In this document: piece after piece, positions 1-12,846 of the stretch
Numbering within the stretch: position 1 is the first letter of the stretch
Layout of the letters: every line of letters starts with the position of its first letter
NCBI GenBank assembly: GCA_051362555.1
Contig: CM120640.1
Span: 17,856,001 to 17,920,000, forward strand
DNA from: Lingula anatina
Lineage: Eukaryota; Animalia; Brachiopoda
Direction of reading: 5' to 3'
Length of the DNA: 64,000 bases
Position numbers and translations under genes: made by a program
The notes under the pieces: generated by a model
Told to the model about the DNA's origin: nothing
The model's input: the letters and a program-made list of their open reading frames with translations, nothing else
Databases searched by the model: none

Positions 1-382
1 AAAAATAAATTCAAGAATTTAATCAATAAGGCCTTTTAAAATCTATAATCCAAAATGCCTTTTAAATAAACAAACTAAAGGAATATTGACCGAAGTATAA
101 ACTTCCGTAGCACCCAATTTTGTAAAGACTGGGCCAAGTCCGAGTATTGAATTCTAGTTCTTCACCCCTTTTAAAAATCTACGTGTCTGTTGTCTAAATG
201 AAATCAAGTAGGACTGTAATAAGATGATATAACTGTTAGCACACGGGACTAGATATTAAACAATACATGTTGCTGAAAAATAGAGCGGTCTCTAAAATTA
301 TAAATCAATATTTTTTCTATTCGCATGATTATAGTGCTCTTTATCAGATATGCTTTTATGCAGTATTGTCCAAGGTACGTAC

Positions 383-439
383 CTTTGCCCCGATTTGATT
401 GCCACACTGGCCTGCTTGCAGATGAACTATTTCACGCAT
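383..439 (-). CDS. TUBB: Beta-tubulin, coding exon 1 only; the rest of the gene lies left of the window
   Basis: Reverse complement reads ATG CGT GAA ATA GTT CAT CTG CAA GCA GGC CAG TGT GGC AAT CAA ATC GGG GCA AAG|GTACGT = MREIVHLQAGQCGNQIGAK, the canonical beta-tubulin N-terminus, with a donor after codon 19. Not in the ORF track (too short). Confidence 0.95.
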
Positions 440-508
440 TTTTGGTCAACGGTTTTGATGGACTTATATCTAGTGAATTTAAATCAGATTCCCCCTTTTT
501 ACCGCTTT

Positions 509-587
509 AACTGATGAACATTCAAATGCAGCTTCCTTTTATACGTTGCTGTCATCCGTTGGATGTCAGCCGTTGTTGCTAAGTAAC
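509..587 (-). promoter_or_regulatory. Beta-tubulin core promoter: Inr TCAGTT (514-509), TATA box TATAAAAG (543-536), RFX X-box-like GTTGCTAAGTAAC (575-587)
   Basis: The first T of the TATA box lies 31 nt upstream of the A of the Inr (512), the canonical spacing. An imperfect GTTGCT-A-AGTAAC palindrome sits just upstream. Confidence 0.75.
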
Positions 588-2334
588 GAAATTTTGATTG
601 AGTGATTTGGTAACGCCTATCTCCATATAGAGATATCTTTTTGACCTTTCAACCTTTTGCAGGGCCATATGACATCCCTTATTTAGAAATGGATGACCCA
701 TTTATTTAAAACAGAACAGCGGTTTTTAGGGGGGTTTTAACCACTGCAATTTTTCACATAATATGAAAAAGAATATAAAAAATAATAAATTTACATAGTT
801 AAGATATGAACATAATTAGGCCTATGGTCTATATGAATAAGACGAATCCTTGCTTTATACCTACTGTCTGAGAGTGAACGGGGAGCGGTTAATAAATAAC
901 CGGCTAATACTGGCTAATACTGGTTTTCCCATTAATCCACTCTCCGCCTGTCACTAAAGTCATGCACAAAGGAATGTGTCACATCAGTGATGGTGATGGC
1001 AGCTGCACTGAATCAGCATAATATATAAAACATGCTTATTCAGTTTGACTTAGTGACTTTATAGGTGCTTACTAACGCAATGCGCTGATAAAAGCTATTT
1101 GCAAATGACCTTGCTGACACGATAAAAATGGTTCAAGTTGTTGCTTGCAGGGTGAACAAAATGCATGCACATGTCATTGGAGTTTGACTCAATTTAAAAT
1201 AACCTAAAAATAAATAATGAAAAACTATATTCTTTTCAATAATAATATATTCTCCTGACATCGGGAAAAGAACCACCCTTGACCAACAGAATATCAATAA
1301 AGCAAAAAATTTAGATAAAAACTCATGCTTTAAGGAAATATTATCCAAGTTTGATTGTTTCAAAAACCAGCGCTGCGCTTATACAAATATTTTTCCTAGA
1401 TTATGTGAATTTGTTCAAAATTATTAAATTTCAGTCTTGTCAATGTTATTTAACGTACGGTACATGTACAGTATATTTCAGATCGTCACTTTCATCATTT
1501 TGAGAGAAAAGTATTTTCTGCAAAGTCGTTTTATCATTTTGCATGTCGAGTTTATTGTTTTGAGATACTGACATGCTTTGCGCGAGATGACACAAAACCA
1601 GGGGTCGTCTCATAACGAACGGTGGGAAAAGGAACTAACGCATCCAGGGATCCGTGTATAGCGGGGCAAAATTAATGGGGGGGGGGGGGGGGGGGGGGGA
1701 GTGATTACTATTTCAAAATGATGACGATCTCAAAATGATGTTAGCACCTCTCAAAAAAAAAAAATCTGGTCAAAAGGATACTTTCATCTTTTTTGTACAA
1801 ACGGCGCTCCATATTAAGCCACTTAGGAGAAAAAAACTTTTGACTGAATCACATGATAAATTATTATCCAATGTAGTGAACAAAACTATCCTTTTGCAGG
1901 AAGTACCATAAATCAGTGAAGCCATTTTTATTAATAATGTAATTGTTATTTATTTGTGTATACACTTACAGAATTTTTCATAATGTTGCTTGATTTATAG
2001 AAACATTTGAAATATTTATTAATCTTATAAAATGTCTCAATCCACATCTTATCATTTCTGTCACAGAGATATATTGATATATACTGAAAAATTTCAGTAA
2101 TACATAATGAACTTGAAACTTACAGCTCATTTTAATCAATTATAAATTGCAAACTAAACAGTTTATTGCAATCCTTAGCACCATCCATTGATGACGAAAT
2201 TCTGTCAGTCAGGCAGATTCCTCAGTGAGAGGAGGGTCATATATCATAAACATCACATATTCCCTTATTTGAAAATATAACAGGAGGCCTGTTGAATGAA
2301 TTTTCCAATGCTGTACACTTGAAACACTTAAGTC

Positions 2335-4336
2335 TTAGTCACTAAAGCCTCCACTGCTGTCATCTGAAGCACTGTCACTAAAATCTGAAGCATCATCATC
2401 TTTATTTTTAGTTTCTTCTCCCTCTGGGGCAGGAGCATCTGGAGTTCTGAAAAAATACAAGAATCACAAAATGATAACACATACAAGCATTAAAGTGTTT
2501 TCATTATTTCAATACCTATTGCCAAAACTAAAAGTCATCAGCTAGTTTTTATGTTATGCACTGAATTATATCATTTAATTTGCAGGTGTATGACTCTTTT
2601 AACTGACTGCTTTTTTTTCAAAGTGTTTCCAACATTTCTCCAAGCTGCCATACAGGTTAAAAACTGATACAAAAAATCACGAATAAATGTGAAATTTACT
2701 CATTTTGCTTACTCATAAGGTTGGAAATTTTGTAACTCATAAACAAAATTCAAGAGCCCCAAAATCGAACATACTCTAAAAGATCTGGATTTAAACCTTC
2801 AGCTAACATTTTTGGCCTCACAGCTGCAGCAGGAACTCCCTGAAGAAGGCAAAAATACCCAAAACTATTATAACAGGGTGCAAAAATAGGATTTGCATTC
2901 TTAGTTACTTGGTAAAAGAATCATGATCAGTCTAATTTAATCCTAGTAGATTATAAGCCCAATGTTTTTGTTTTGCTTTGCTATTTTTCTGGCACCCAGG
3001 GAATTTTTTATCACGCAAATTTTAATGACTGATAATGATTACAATTAATCAAATAATCATTACGTTTTCATTCATAAATGTTTCTCACCACTGTCACCAT
3101 TTTAAAGTATTTTGCATATCTTGGATCTTGGGAAACTGTCATTTTTGGTTTTTCTGGCTGTGGTTCCTGAAATAAAAGAGACAAATGACATAAATATCCA
3201 TTTATTGCACCACTGTGACAAAACACCTTCATCAGCATTTTTATGAGGAGATAATTTACATTTGACTTTTGTTTCATATAATAATATATGTCAATTCATC
3301 TTAACATAAGAAGGGTCAAATGTTGCCAAATCTCATCTGATTCATAGTTAGAGTTTGAACTTTTAATAATCTACATGTGTAATTATTGTTTGTTCAGGGG
3401 TGACTCAGGATATGGCTGTGAGACATGAAATTGGGACTGAATTGCTTAAAACCTCTTGTCAACATGATATCAGGTTTATTTATGTAGTGATGGAAATATC
3501 TGGTATACCTCAGTCTGTGCTGGTTGTTCTGCATTGGGTGCTGCTGTTGGTGCAGCAGAATCCCCTGCTGGTGGTGGTGCTGGTGGTGCCACTGGTGCTG
3601 TACCTGGTGGTGCTTGTGTGTCTGCTGTTCCAGAAGAGGGTGCACTACTGGCTGGGGCTGTTATGTTCTCCAGGCCAGGAATGGAAGATATCTACCCAAA
3701 AATAACTGACTGATAAAATATTTAATCTGAACAATTTACTGTCACAATACCATATACCCTGGATTTATGGCTCAAGTGTTATTCAATATATTAATAAATG
3801 ATATATCAATTTTAGTCATCATACATTTTAAAACAGTCTATCTGTTCTTGTTATATATAAAAACTAGGAGAACAGCAAAAGTCCAAAACAATGGTAATTA
3901 TGTATTTTTAGTGTTGTATTGCATACATGATACAACTATATGTAGGCATGACAATATCATATCCAGTATAAGTTTACCTTTGTTTCCAGCATGTTCATAG
4001 TTGTCTCTAACCTCTGGATTCTAGTTGACAGATGCATAAGCTTTTCTTCACAAACACATGAAAACCTGTTAAGAAATCTTGATGTGTGGATGACAAAATG
4101 GTTAAGGAATGCTACTGTTCTTTTATGGTGAATTGCTCCGACCTAGAAACAGAAACAACAACTATAAGTACCAGCTGAGTACTATAGCCTCTATTACTGA
4201 GGAAAAGGGGAAAAGTGAGACAAATGCACAACTGAGCACCTTACATTAGTACTGGTTATCAATATGATCTTGTGGGCTAAGTAAAACAAAATATACATTA
4301 GAGCAGTTGCATTAGAGACTGCTTTCTGACTTTCAA

Positions 4337-4393
<57 letters not shown>

Positions 4394-5864
4394 ATGTGGG
4401 TGTGTGTGTTGGAGGGGGTGGGGGCAACTTGGAAGGTTGGGTATGCATGCACACACTTGTCTGTCACCAAATCTAAAAACCACATAAAACTACTTTTAAA
4501 TACCACAGTAATCCAGGTAGATTAGTGCGGTCTTTAGATAAATTACCTTAGCTATCATGGTGGCAGCTTAGCTAGTATAGGTATACATCTTTGGTATACA
4601 AATTTGCAACATACTCAAGTTCTTTCATTTAGGATTTTAACTCTTCTTGTGTACAAAACAATGGCCCAAAATAAGTTGGATGTCTAACAAAGATATAATA
4701 CAGGTCACACACTACCTGACCTCCCAAAGCCCTTCTGATATATGTGGTGAATATATACAATATAGTTGTTCAAGCATGCTGAAAGTTAAACATATTTTAG
4801 GGGTCGAATTCTAAAAGTCTAGTCCCAAGTAAAAACACAGGAAACTGTCATTCACAAGGAAAGAGGGTAATTTAAAGGCCAAATATATTACCAAAGGTGA
4901 TTAAATAATTAGCAACTCTTCATATGAGATTCAAAATTCTGCAATAAATACCTTGTAAACAACACAAAGAAATATAATAAAACGTATTTTACTACCAAAA
5001 CAGTAGTTATCTCAATTATCTTGAACATGTGGACCTTCAAAGATTACTACCCTCAGTAATAATCTCTTAAGAGATTAATACAAAAAAAAAAAACTTCAAA
5101 AAAAATTATAATAATAATAAAAAACAATCGACTAACTCTGAATGTCCACATGAAATTATTATCCACTGGTAAGTATTTGTGCCAAAATATATCATAAAAT
5201 TCAACAAAAATGTGTGATGATACAAACAAAATGAACACTTCAAAATGCCTTGGATATTTAAAAATTTTAACATATATATGTATTGTTCTGACACTGGTAC
5301 TTTTGCAGTGTTCCCCCCACCCTGTAACTATTTTTAATGCTTATCAAAACGGAGTTATGTGGTGGCTTTGGTTAATGTCTCTGCTATTCAAATAAATTAG
5401 TTTTGAAATTTACTAAGTTATTTTTTATCTTTTTAAATAAACATTCAAGTTTTTTTAACAATGAAATTACAGCAAATTTTCACCCTAGTGATAACCTCAG
5501 CTCTCATAATAATAATAGGAGGGCAAAGTTTCATGTAAAAATATCTTAAAATTAGTAAATGAGTTGCAAGAATAATTATTTGAATAACGGAGACATTGCT
5601 TAAAGTCACCACATAATTTAATTTAGAAAAAATTATTGAACATCATAGGGTTATGTGGGGTGTTGGGGGGGGGGGGGGTACTGCAAAAATGCCTTGACGT
5701 TAATGCCGAAAATCACATGACTGCAGGCAAACCGACTTCAAAAACCTGAAGTAAAAAAAACTTTCAAATGCTTTAAAGTTAAGTGGTACGTTTATTTCAC
5801 TTCCCCTTTTTACCTTTGTAAAATCTACCCCTGGGCCTACTAATGGTAATCCGTCTTCATCCAT
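2335..5864 (-). CDS. WASHC3: WASH complex subunit 3 (CCDC53), 217 aa. Exons 5864-5814, 4142-3978, 3691-3509, 3166-3089, 2839-2775, 2446-2335
   Basis: Spliced protein MDEDGLPLVGPGVDFTK-VGAIHHKRTVAFLNHFVIHTSRFLNRFSCVCEEKL...ISSIPGLE, Pro/Ala linker, VSQDPRYAKYFKMVTVGVPAAAVRPKMLAEGLNPDLLETPDAPAP, acidic tail GGFSD*. All junctions GT-AG, 654 nt in frame. Confidence 0.95.
4338..4390. repeat. (TA)n microsatellite
   Basis: Direct reading. Confidence 0.95.
4901..5180 (+). mobile_element. Degraded copy of the TTAA-flanked MITE family (see 57642-57959)
   Basis: Shares AACTCTTCATATGAGAT, the central palindrome AATCTCTTAAGAGATT, GACTAACT-TGAATGT and CCA-TGGTAAGTAT in the same order. Ends are eroded and approximate. 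Confidence 0.6.
5296..5693. mobile_element. Foldback MITE in WASHC3 intron 1, TIR family GGTACTTTTG(C/T)AGT-CCCC
   Basis: Left end GGTACTTTTGCAGTGTTCCCCCCACCCTGTAACT, right end GGGGTACTGCAAAAATGCC. Interior matches 7897-8244 in reverse complement. Confidence 0.65.
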
Positions 5865-6205
5865 AATTGAAGCTTAATTTGATGAATTTACAAATAGTAA
5901 TTTAGAATCCCTACTCCAGTTTCCCCTTTTTACTCCCACAAGGTGAAGGTCACTTTTTCAAACTGCGGATCAGTTATAATCAAAGTATATAATTACACCA
6001 TGTTCACACTTTTATAATATATAGAAATATTATATATATTATCTAAAAGAGATCTGAAATATATCTAATCGAAGTTTAAGTAGCTTTTAGTAATGTTAAA
6101 GATTTAAGCTCACCATTTTCTGCGGTATTGTGGTTGGGCTGGGATTTGCAAGGCTTGATTTTCTGTGCACAGGCCGCTTTGACTGTAAACGTTTTGTGGT
6201 AAATA
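5865..6205. promoter_or_regulatory. Putative bidirectional promoter shared by WASHC3 and TNPO3
   Basis: Only 341 bp separate the two divergent start codons. Confidence 0.7.
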
Positions 6206-9200
6206 ATGGATTCAGCACCGTCCATTGAGACGGTGCTACAAGCAATACATGCTCTTTACCACCACCCTGATCCAGCAGGAAAAGAAAAAGCGTCTGTTTG
6301 GTTGGGAGAATTACAGAAATCGGTGAGTCCTCTGTGCAGCATGGTGAACATGATTGATGTACATTCTAATGTCAAAGCTATACAATACTCAATCTGTGGA
6401 ATGAATGGTTAAAGTTAGGTAGTTGCAAATCTTCTTAAAAGCCACAATATCATTTTAAACAGTTGAACGATTTTTATCACATTGGGCTAAATAAGTCATT
6501 GCGGGATTAGCAATAACTGAAACAATCGGATTGGCTGATCTGTTACTGTACAGTGTCCGGTGTCACGTGTACGGTCCGTTCTGCGTGAACCATCCGTCCT
6601 GACCGATTGTACACGCAGCAGACGCGTGTATGAGCCGTTCCGTGAATGATCCGTTGTTACTCACCTGTACTGTTATATTCGGCTAGTTCATTCCCTACCA
6701 AATTATATATTTACTATGATGGGGATAAAGTTCATGTGTTAATTGATAATTTTGATAGAGAATCAGCGTCAAATTACAGCTTGATGCATGGATGAACCTA
6801 CCATGGACGGGCCGTCGTTATTCAGCTGCTGGCTACCATTTTAGTACTGATTTTACTAGGTTAGTGTGTTGATATGGCCACCTGAGGGAAATCACAGTAG
6901 AGGTGATCATCTATAAGATATGAATACTTCTAAATATTATGTTTGAATTTGCAGTATGTTCTCAACAGCGCATGTTTATTAAAGGCTAAGAATGTATTCA
7001 TGACTCTATTGAGACGGACTGTACACGCCGGAAGTCTCAGATTTGCCTGCGCTTTGTGCGCATGAGCAGAACGGATTGTTCACGCTCCGAGCGGTACACG
7101 CCACACCGGTACTTTTGTAGTATAGTATACCCCCCCACCCTGTAACTTCCTGAAACTTTCATTTTTCAAACATTTTTTTACATTGTCTTTTTCACCTATG
7201 TCAAAGCTGTTGAAATAAAATGTTTTTGTAATTACCTGTGGTCTTTTTATTAGTTTTAATCACGTTCAATCCACCCCATTGAAATACAATGTGAAAATTT
7301 ACAATGTACCCGCAGTCAATAACTTGCCGCGTTTTAGTTGGCTAACTCTGCCTTATTTTATGTAAACATAGGATTGATACATTGTATACTTGGACTTCCT
7401 CTGTGAAATTATTATGAGCTACTTGTTCACATAAAATTACCTTAGAGTTAGCCAACGAAAACACGGCAAGTTACTGACTGCGGGTGAAAATTGAAGATTC
7501 TAACATTGTATTTCAATGAGCTGGCTTAAACGTGATTAAAACCAATAAAAAGTCCACAGGTAATTACAAAAGCATTTTATTTCAACAGCATTGACATAGA
7601 TGAACAAGAAAATGTAAAAAACTGTTTGAAAAGTGAAAGTTACAGAAAGTTACAGGGTGGGGGGGTATACTACAAAAGTACCCAGTATCCTCTGTTTTCT
7701 TCCAGGTGTTTGCCTGGCAAATTGCAGACCATCTTTTACAACAAAATAGAGACCTAGAATCATGTTATATTGCAGCACAAACCATGAGGACAAAGGTAGT
7801 TTATTACTGAGTAGCATGTTATGAACAAGTTTTAAGTTTGACAGCACTTTTTATTTCATCAGTTGGTTAGCTGTTTACATTACAGATCAAAGTTTACCAC
7901 TTTTGCAGTACCTCCCCACTCTTATTACTCTTTGATTTTCAATATCTTTTCTAATCTAAATTATGTGGTGACTTTGAGCAATGTCTCCACAATTCAAATA
8001 AATAAGTTCTATAATTCATTCACTAATTGATCAGTGTTTTATCAGAAAGTCAATTGCAAGGGTGAAAATTTACTGTAATCTCATTGGTCAAAGAGCTTGA
8101 AAGTTTAAAGGGAAAAAAGTGAAATTATTTATTTGAAAAGCAGAGACACCGATCAAAGTCATCTTATTATCTAATTTTGATAAACATAAAAATGACAGTT
8201 TAATGGTTGTTTTGGAGGTGGTGGGGGATACTGCATAAGCACCCTAAGTTTGCAGCATGTTACTCTGATTGAAGTTATCCCGCATAAATTGACATTTGAA
8301 ATGTCTATTGTTTTTTCATCATTATACTGTTGTTTACAGATTCAATATGCCTTCCATGAACTACCACCAGCAACACATCAGGTATGTGTAACAGTTTGTG
8401 CCTTAAGATGGATTTGGTTAATTTTTTTTTTTCAGAATATTGTTTTTATACAAGGCGAATAGCAAATTTTGAAGAAATATTTAAATGACTTTTCAAGTGG
8501 TAATGTAAAGAAGGAAGATTTATGAATTTCTTTGATCAAATCACATTTAATTTTTTTGCAGTCTTTAAGAAATTCTCTCTTAGACCACATCAGTAAAACC
8601 AATGCAGGGACAAATCAAGTAATAGTCACACAGGTAAATCACATCCAAATACTTTTAAATAGTTTGAATAATAGTGCTATTGCACTAATGTTGACCTTTT
8701 AATAAATCCACTGTTTTTAAAGGTGTAAACAGAAGGTGGAAATATCACCAAGGTAGACTAGAAAAATATGCCACGTTACCCTCACCCTCACATGCCCCAC
8801 TCTTTTTTTATTGCCAAATTTTTTTGCAATCGTTTAAAGTCATAGATTAAAGAAGATCTGCCAAATGTTTTTAAAAATGCTACTTCAAAATAAACAGTCT
8901 GGAATCATTTTATTTGTTCATATGGTAATCAATTTTTGCCACTGTTTAAGTCATTGGTTCCTGAAGATCCCTCAAGTCCAGAAATGCTACTTCAAAATAA
9001 ACAGTCTCTAGAATTATTTTTATTATATTTTGTTTATATTTTAATTATAATTATTATATGCTAGAAGTGTTTGAAAGTTTGTCATTTTATTTTAAAGTTA
9101 TGTCTAGCACTTGCTGACTTAGCTCTTCAAATGGCAACCTGGAAGAATGCAGCCAGGGATCTCATTGACAGGTATTTGCTCCTTTTTACTTGATGTTTAA

Positions 9201-10502
9201 TAAACAAAAACCTTGTACCCACTACCTGTACAGAAACGCCCTATCATATGATATTAGTTACTTGAGTGAACCAATTATCTGAAGTGAAATATCTTTTTCA
9301 TTGTGATTTAATGTTTGTATTAACAACAATAAACATTTAGAATCAATTATTGATGTCAAATTGATTTCTCTAAATGTAAGTCATTGCTTGTTTATTTATA
9401 TATGATATTTTTGTGCCACATTAATTAACAATATCTGCCATGAATATATATTCAAAACATTTTTATGGTAATTTATCCAAATGCAATGTTAAGTCTAATT
9501 TGAAAGTAAGTACTTCCCTGTGTGTCTTGAGGTCATCTTAAGCAGACTGGGAAAGCTGAAATATTACCTGTTCTCATTCTAGGTTCAGTGGCAATGTGGA
9601 TCATGTGCACTGTTTAGTGGAAATCTTAACTGTGATGCCAGAAGAGGTTAGCATGTTTGCCTTTTAAAACATAAAGTGAAGTGAGATGTATTGTTACAAC
9701 CCTTTAGAAAACTTATTTCAAAGACTATCATCTCAACACCGTTTTCTTTCACTGATGTGCAATTTTAGCTTTTAAACATTGTATGATGTTTACCATGTAA
9801 AGTGCTTTTTATTGAAGGTGAATAGTCGGTCACTTCGACTTGGTGCTAATAGAAGATCTGAAATCATTGATGAACTGACAGAAACGGCCCCTATGGTGCT
9901 ACAATTGCTGGTGAGTGTATTGCAGTAATACATGATAATGTGGTCTGAGTATTGTGTGTTTGTTAGTGCTACCTTTGCCTAGTTTTAAAGATGAACTGGT
10001 TTACTGAAATGTACTTACTGGCAGTTCACTAAGTTTTTCATATGAAGATGGAGGTAATAGTGCATCCATTATAATGTGCCTTTATCTATCATCAACTGCC
10101 ATCCTATATTGTTTGGATTCAGGTTAATGATAATTCTTCAGAAAATTACAAAGGAAACAGCAGATATAAGATTATAACAGTTAAATATGTTTAACCCAAA
10201 TATATAAATAATACTATGGGTTTGCAATTGTTTAAATATGTGATTAATATTTTCTGCTTGGTGAATAAAATGCTCTCATTTGTTTATTTATTCTATTTAT
10301 CATTCAGGCTGTTTGTCGTGAGAATTTTTCCCAGGAGGAGAAAATGCAGACTAAAATCTTTCGCTGTCTTGCAAGTTGGTTCAATGTTGCTGCCGTACCT
10401 CAGGATTTAATAGTCCAGAGCCCTATGCTGACAGCACCTTTTCAGGCCTTGGTAAATCAATACGATAGAACATTTTATCATTGAATGTACATAATATGTG
10501 GG

Positions 10503-10556
<54 letters not shown>

Positions 10557-12807
10557 CATTCTTGTTAAATACCTTTGCACAGTTTGGTTTTACTTTTTTA
10601 CTTTTATGCCATTTGAAATTTCAATTTGAATTGCTTCATTTTTCTTGCTATATGGGATTGACATTATGTAATATGTCTATTTTTCATTCAACTTCTTTTC
10701 ATGCTAATAGATGCTGTAGCACTCGTTTTTCTGTGTGATAAAATGGATGAATAACTTTTTCATCATTCTTTTATTTCAGGTTTTACCTGGTTGTTCCTCC
10801 ACACTACACGAAGCTGCCACAGACTGCGTATGTGCTGCACTGTATTGTACTGAGGTATGTGTAGAATATGACTCACAAATGCAGATATATCTGTTGTAAA
10901 TAAATAGGGTTTTCATCAATGTTTTCCATTTAACTATATTGATTTGCTTTGAAACATAAAAGGAAAATAAGATTTTCTGTCTTAAGACTTCATTTTGGTG
11001 AACAGTGTCTCCATCTTTGAAGGACTCCAAGGAAATGAAGGTGTTGTCTGAGGCACTGTTCCAAGCTGTGATGACCTTGACAGATGCCTATCACATGTCT
11101 GTGGCACAAGAAGATCTGGACAAGTGAGTTTCAACTGAAGTTCTTTTTATACTAGTTTAACAAATAACTGTAATAGATGGCTGTCTCAACTTCTTCTAGA
11201 TTTTTCTTCGCAATGTTATGGACATTTCAGTATTAAAAACTACTGCTGACAACTGAAGTTGGGGTTGTCCTCAGATATTTTTTGTGACGAAGAAAATTAT
11301 GATGTTGTTTTTATTTGCAGGTCAATCAATTTCTGTCGGATTTTTACTGAAATGGCAGAATCGTTTTTAGAAGCAATGTTGAAGACACCAAATCAGGTAA
11401 GTGCAGAGCATTGGCTTATAATGTGTAAAGATGGTTATAAATCACCTGGATATCTTCATCTGTCGAAATGTTTAAACTCTGTGTGAACAATTTTGTATAT
11501 TATTAAGCTGCTAACCAAAATGATGTTTTATTTTCAGGGTCTTGGAGATTTTAGAACACTAGAAATTCTGTGTACATGTGTAGGTCACCATCAGTATGAG
11601 GTAAGAGTTACACCTAACATGCTGTCATACCTAAACAATTAAAAATACAGTATGACATCCTTCTTTTTCATTTTATTGCACCTCGTAAATGTTTTTTATT
11701 TTTAATGTTTCCAGTGATATGCCATGTACATAACTCTTTAATTATAAAACTTTCTGTCATGCTTTTAGTTACTCCATGCCACAAAGATAACAGTTGCAAA
11801 ATCACTCAAAAGTTGTTTTTTTTTGTTCATTTTGTCTCCAGATTGCAGAAATCACATTTAACTTTTGGTATCGCTTGTCAGAGATGTTATACCAGAGAAA
11901 TGATGAGATCATGAACAGAATGTTCAGTCCCTACATACAGAGACTTATTATAGCTTTGTGCAGACACTGTCAACTTGACCCAGATCATGTGAGTAACATA
12001 TCTGGTTTAACATATCTGGTTTTCCCATTTAAAATGCAGTCAGCTAAATGTTTCACTTTTCTTTCGTGTTTATAATCTCTAGTAACTGTAATGTTCATCA
12101 TATAAGGTGGAAGTTGTTAGGTTTCATTTTAAACAATATATATTTATGGTCTATTGTGTTTTGTTCAATCTATTTAAAGAAAAAAACATAATTATGACAT
12201 TTATTGAAATTTCAGGACAGTCTGCCAGATGAAAATGATGACTTTGGTGACTTCAGAGCCAGAGTTTCAGAACTGATCAAAGATGTGGTCTTCCTTGTGG
12301 GCTCTGCAAACTGCTTTGCTCAAGTGAGTAACACATTCAGGTTTATTACAATATAATTACAGAACATTTCAAAGTTAAAACTTATAGAATCAGTTGGTTC
12401 AAATTTTTAAATACCTTGTATGCATTTATAGATAATTGATCTTCCTTTGGAATGATATTGATAAGAGAAAAAGGATGAAATTTAGTCATGTGTGTTTGAT
12501 GGTTTAAAACATTGATAATTTTGTTGCAGATGTTTGATAGTTTAAAGAACCAAAGTTCAGAAACATCTTGGGATGTGTCTGAGGCAGCTCTCTTTGTTAT
12601 GTGTGCAGTAGCAAAGTTTATTTTACCGTAAGTCACTCTATCCATTAAATATTTATTTTCTTAGCATTTTGGTAGTTATTTACTGAGTACAGATTTTTGT
12701 TACTTATTCACATTTTCCGTCTTTTTGTATTCTTTATCTAACCAAGAAAATTTCATGATAATAGATATTTGGAGACTGAATTAGATTACAAATGTAATAA
12801 GTCCCAC

Positions 12808-12846
<39 letters not shown>

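Noticed and set aside
325-510. 61-aa plus-strand ORF
   Set aside because: Antisense to beta-tubulin exon 1 and its 5' UTR.
3394-3709. His/Gln-rich, Leu/Val-rich and Cys/Trp-rich ORFs
   Set aside because: Alternative frames and antisense of the GCA/CCA-rich WASHC3 linker exon 3691-3509.
8875-9008. 26-bp direct repeat AAATGCTACTTCAAAATAAACAGTCT
   Set aside because: Isolated small local duplication in an intron with no further structure.
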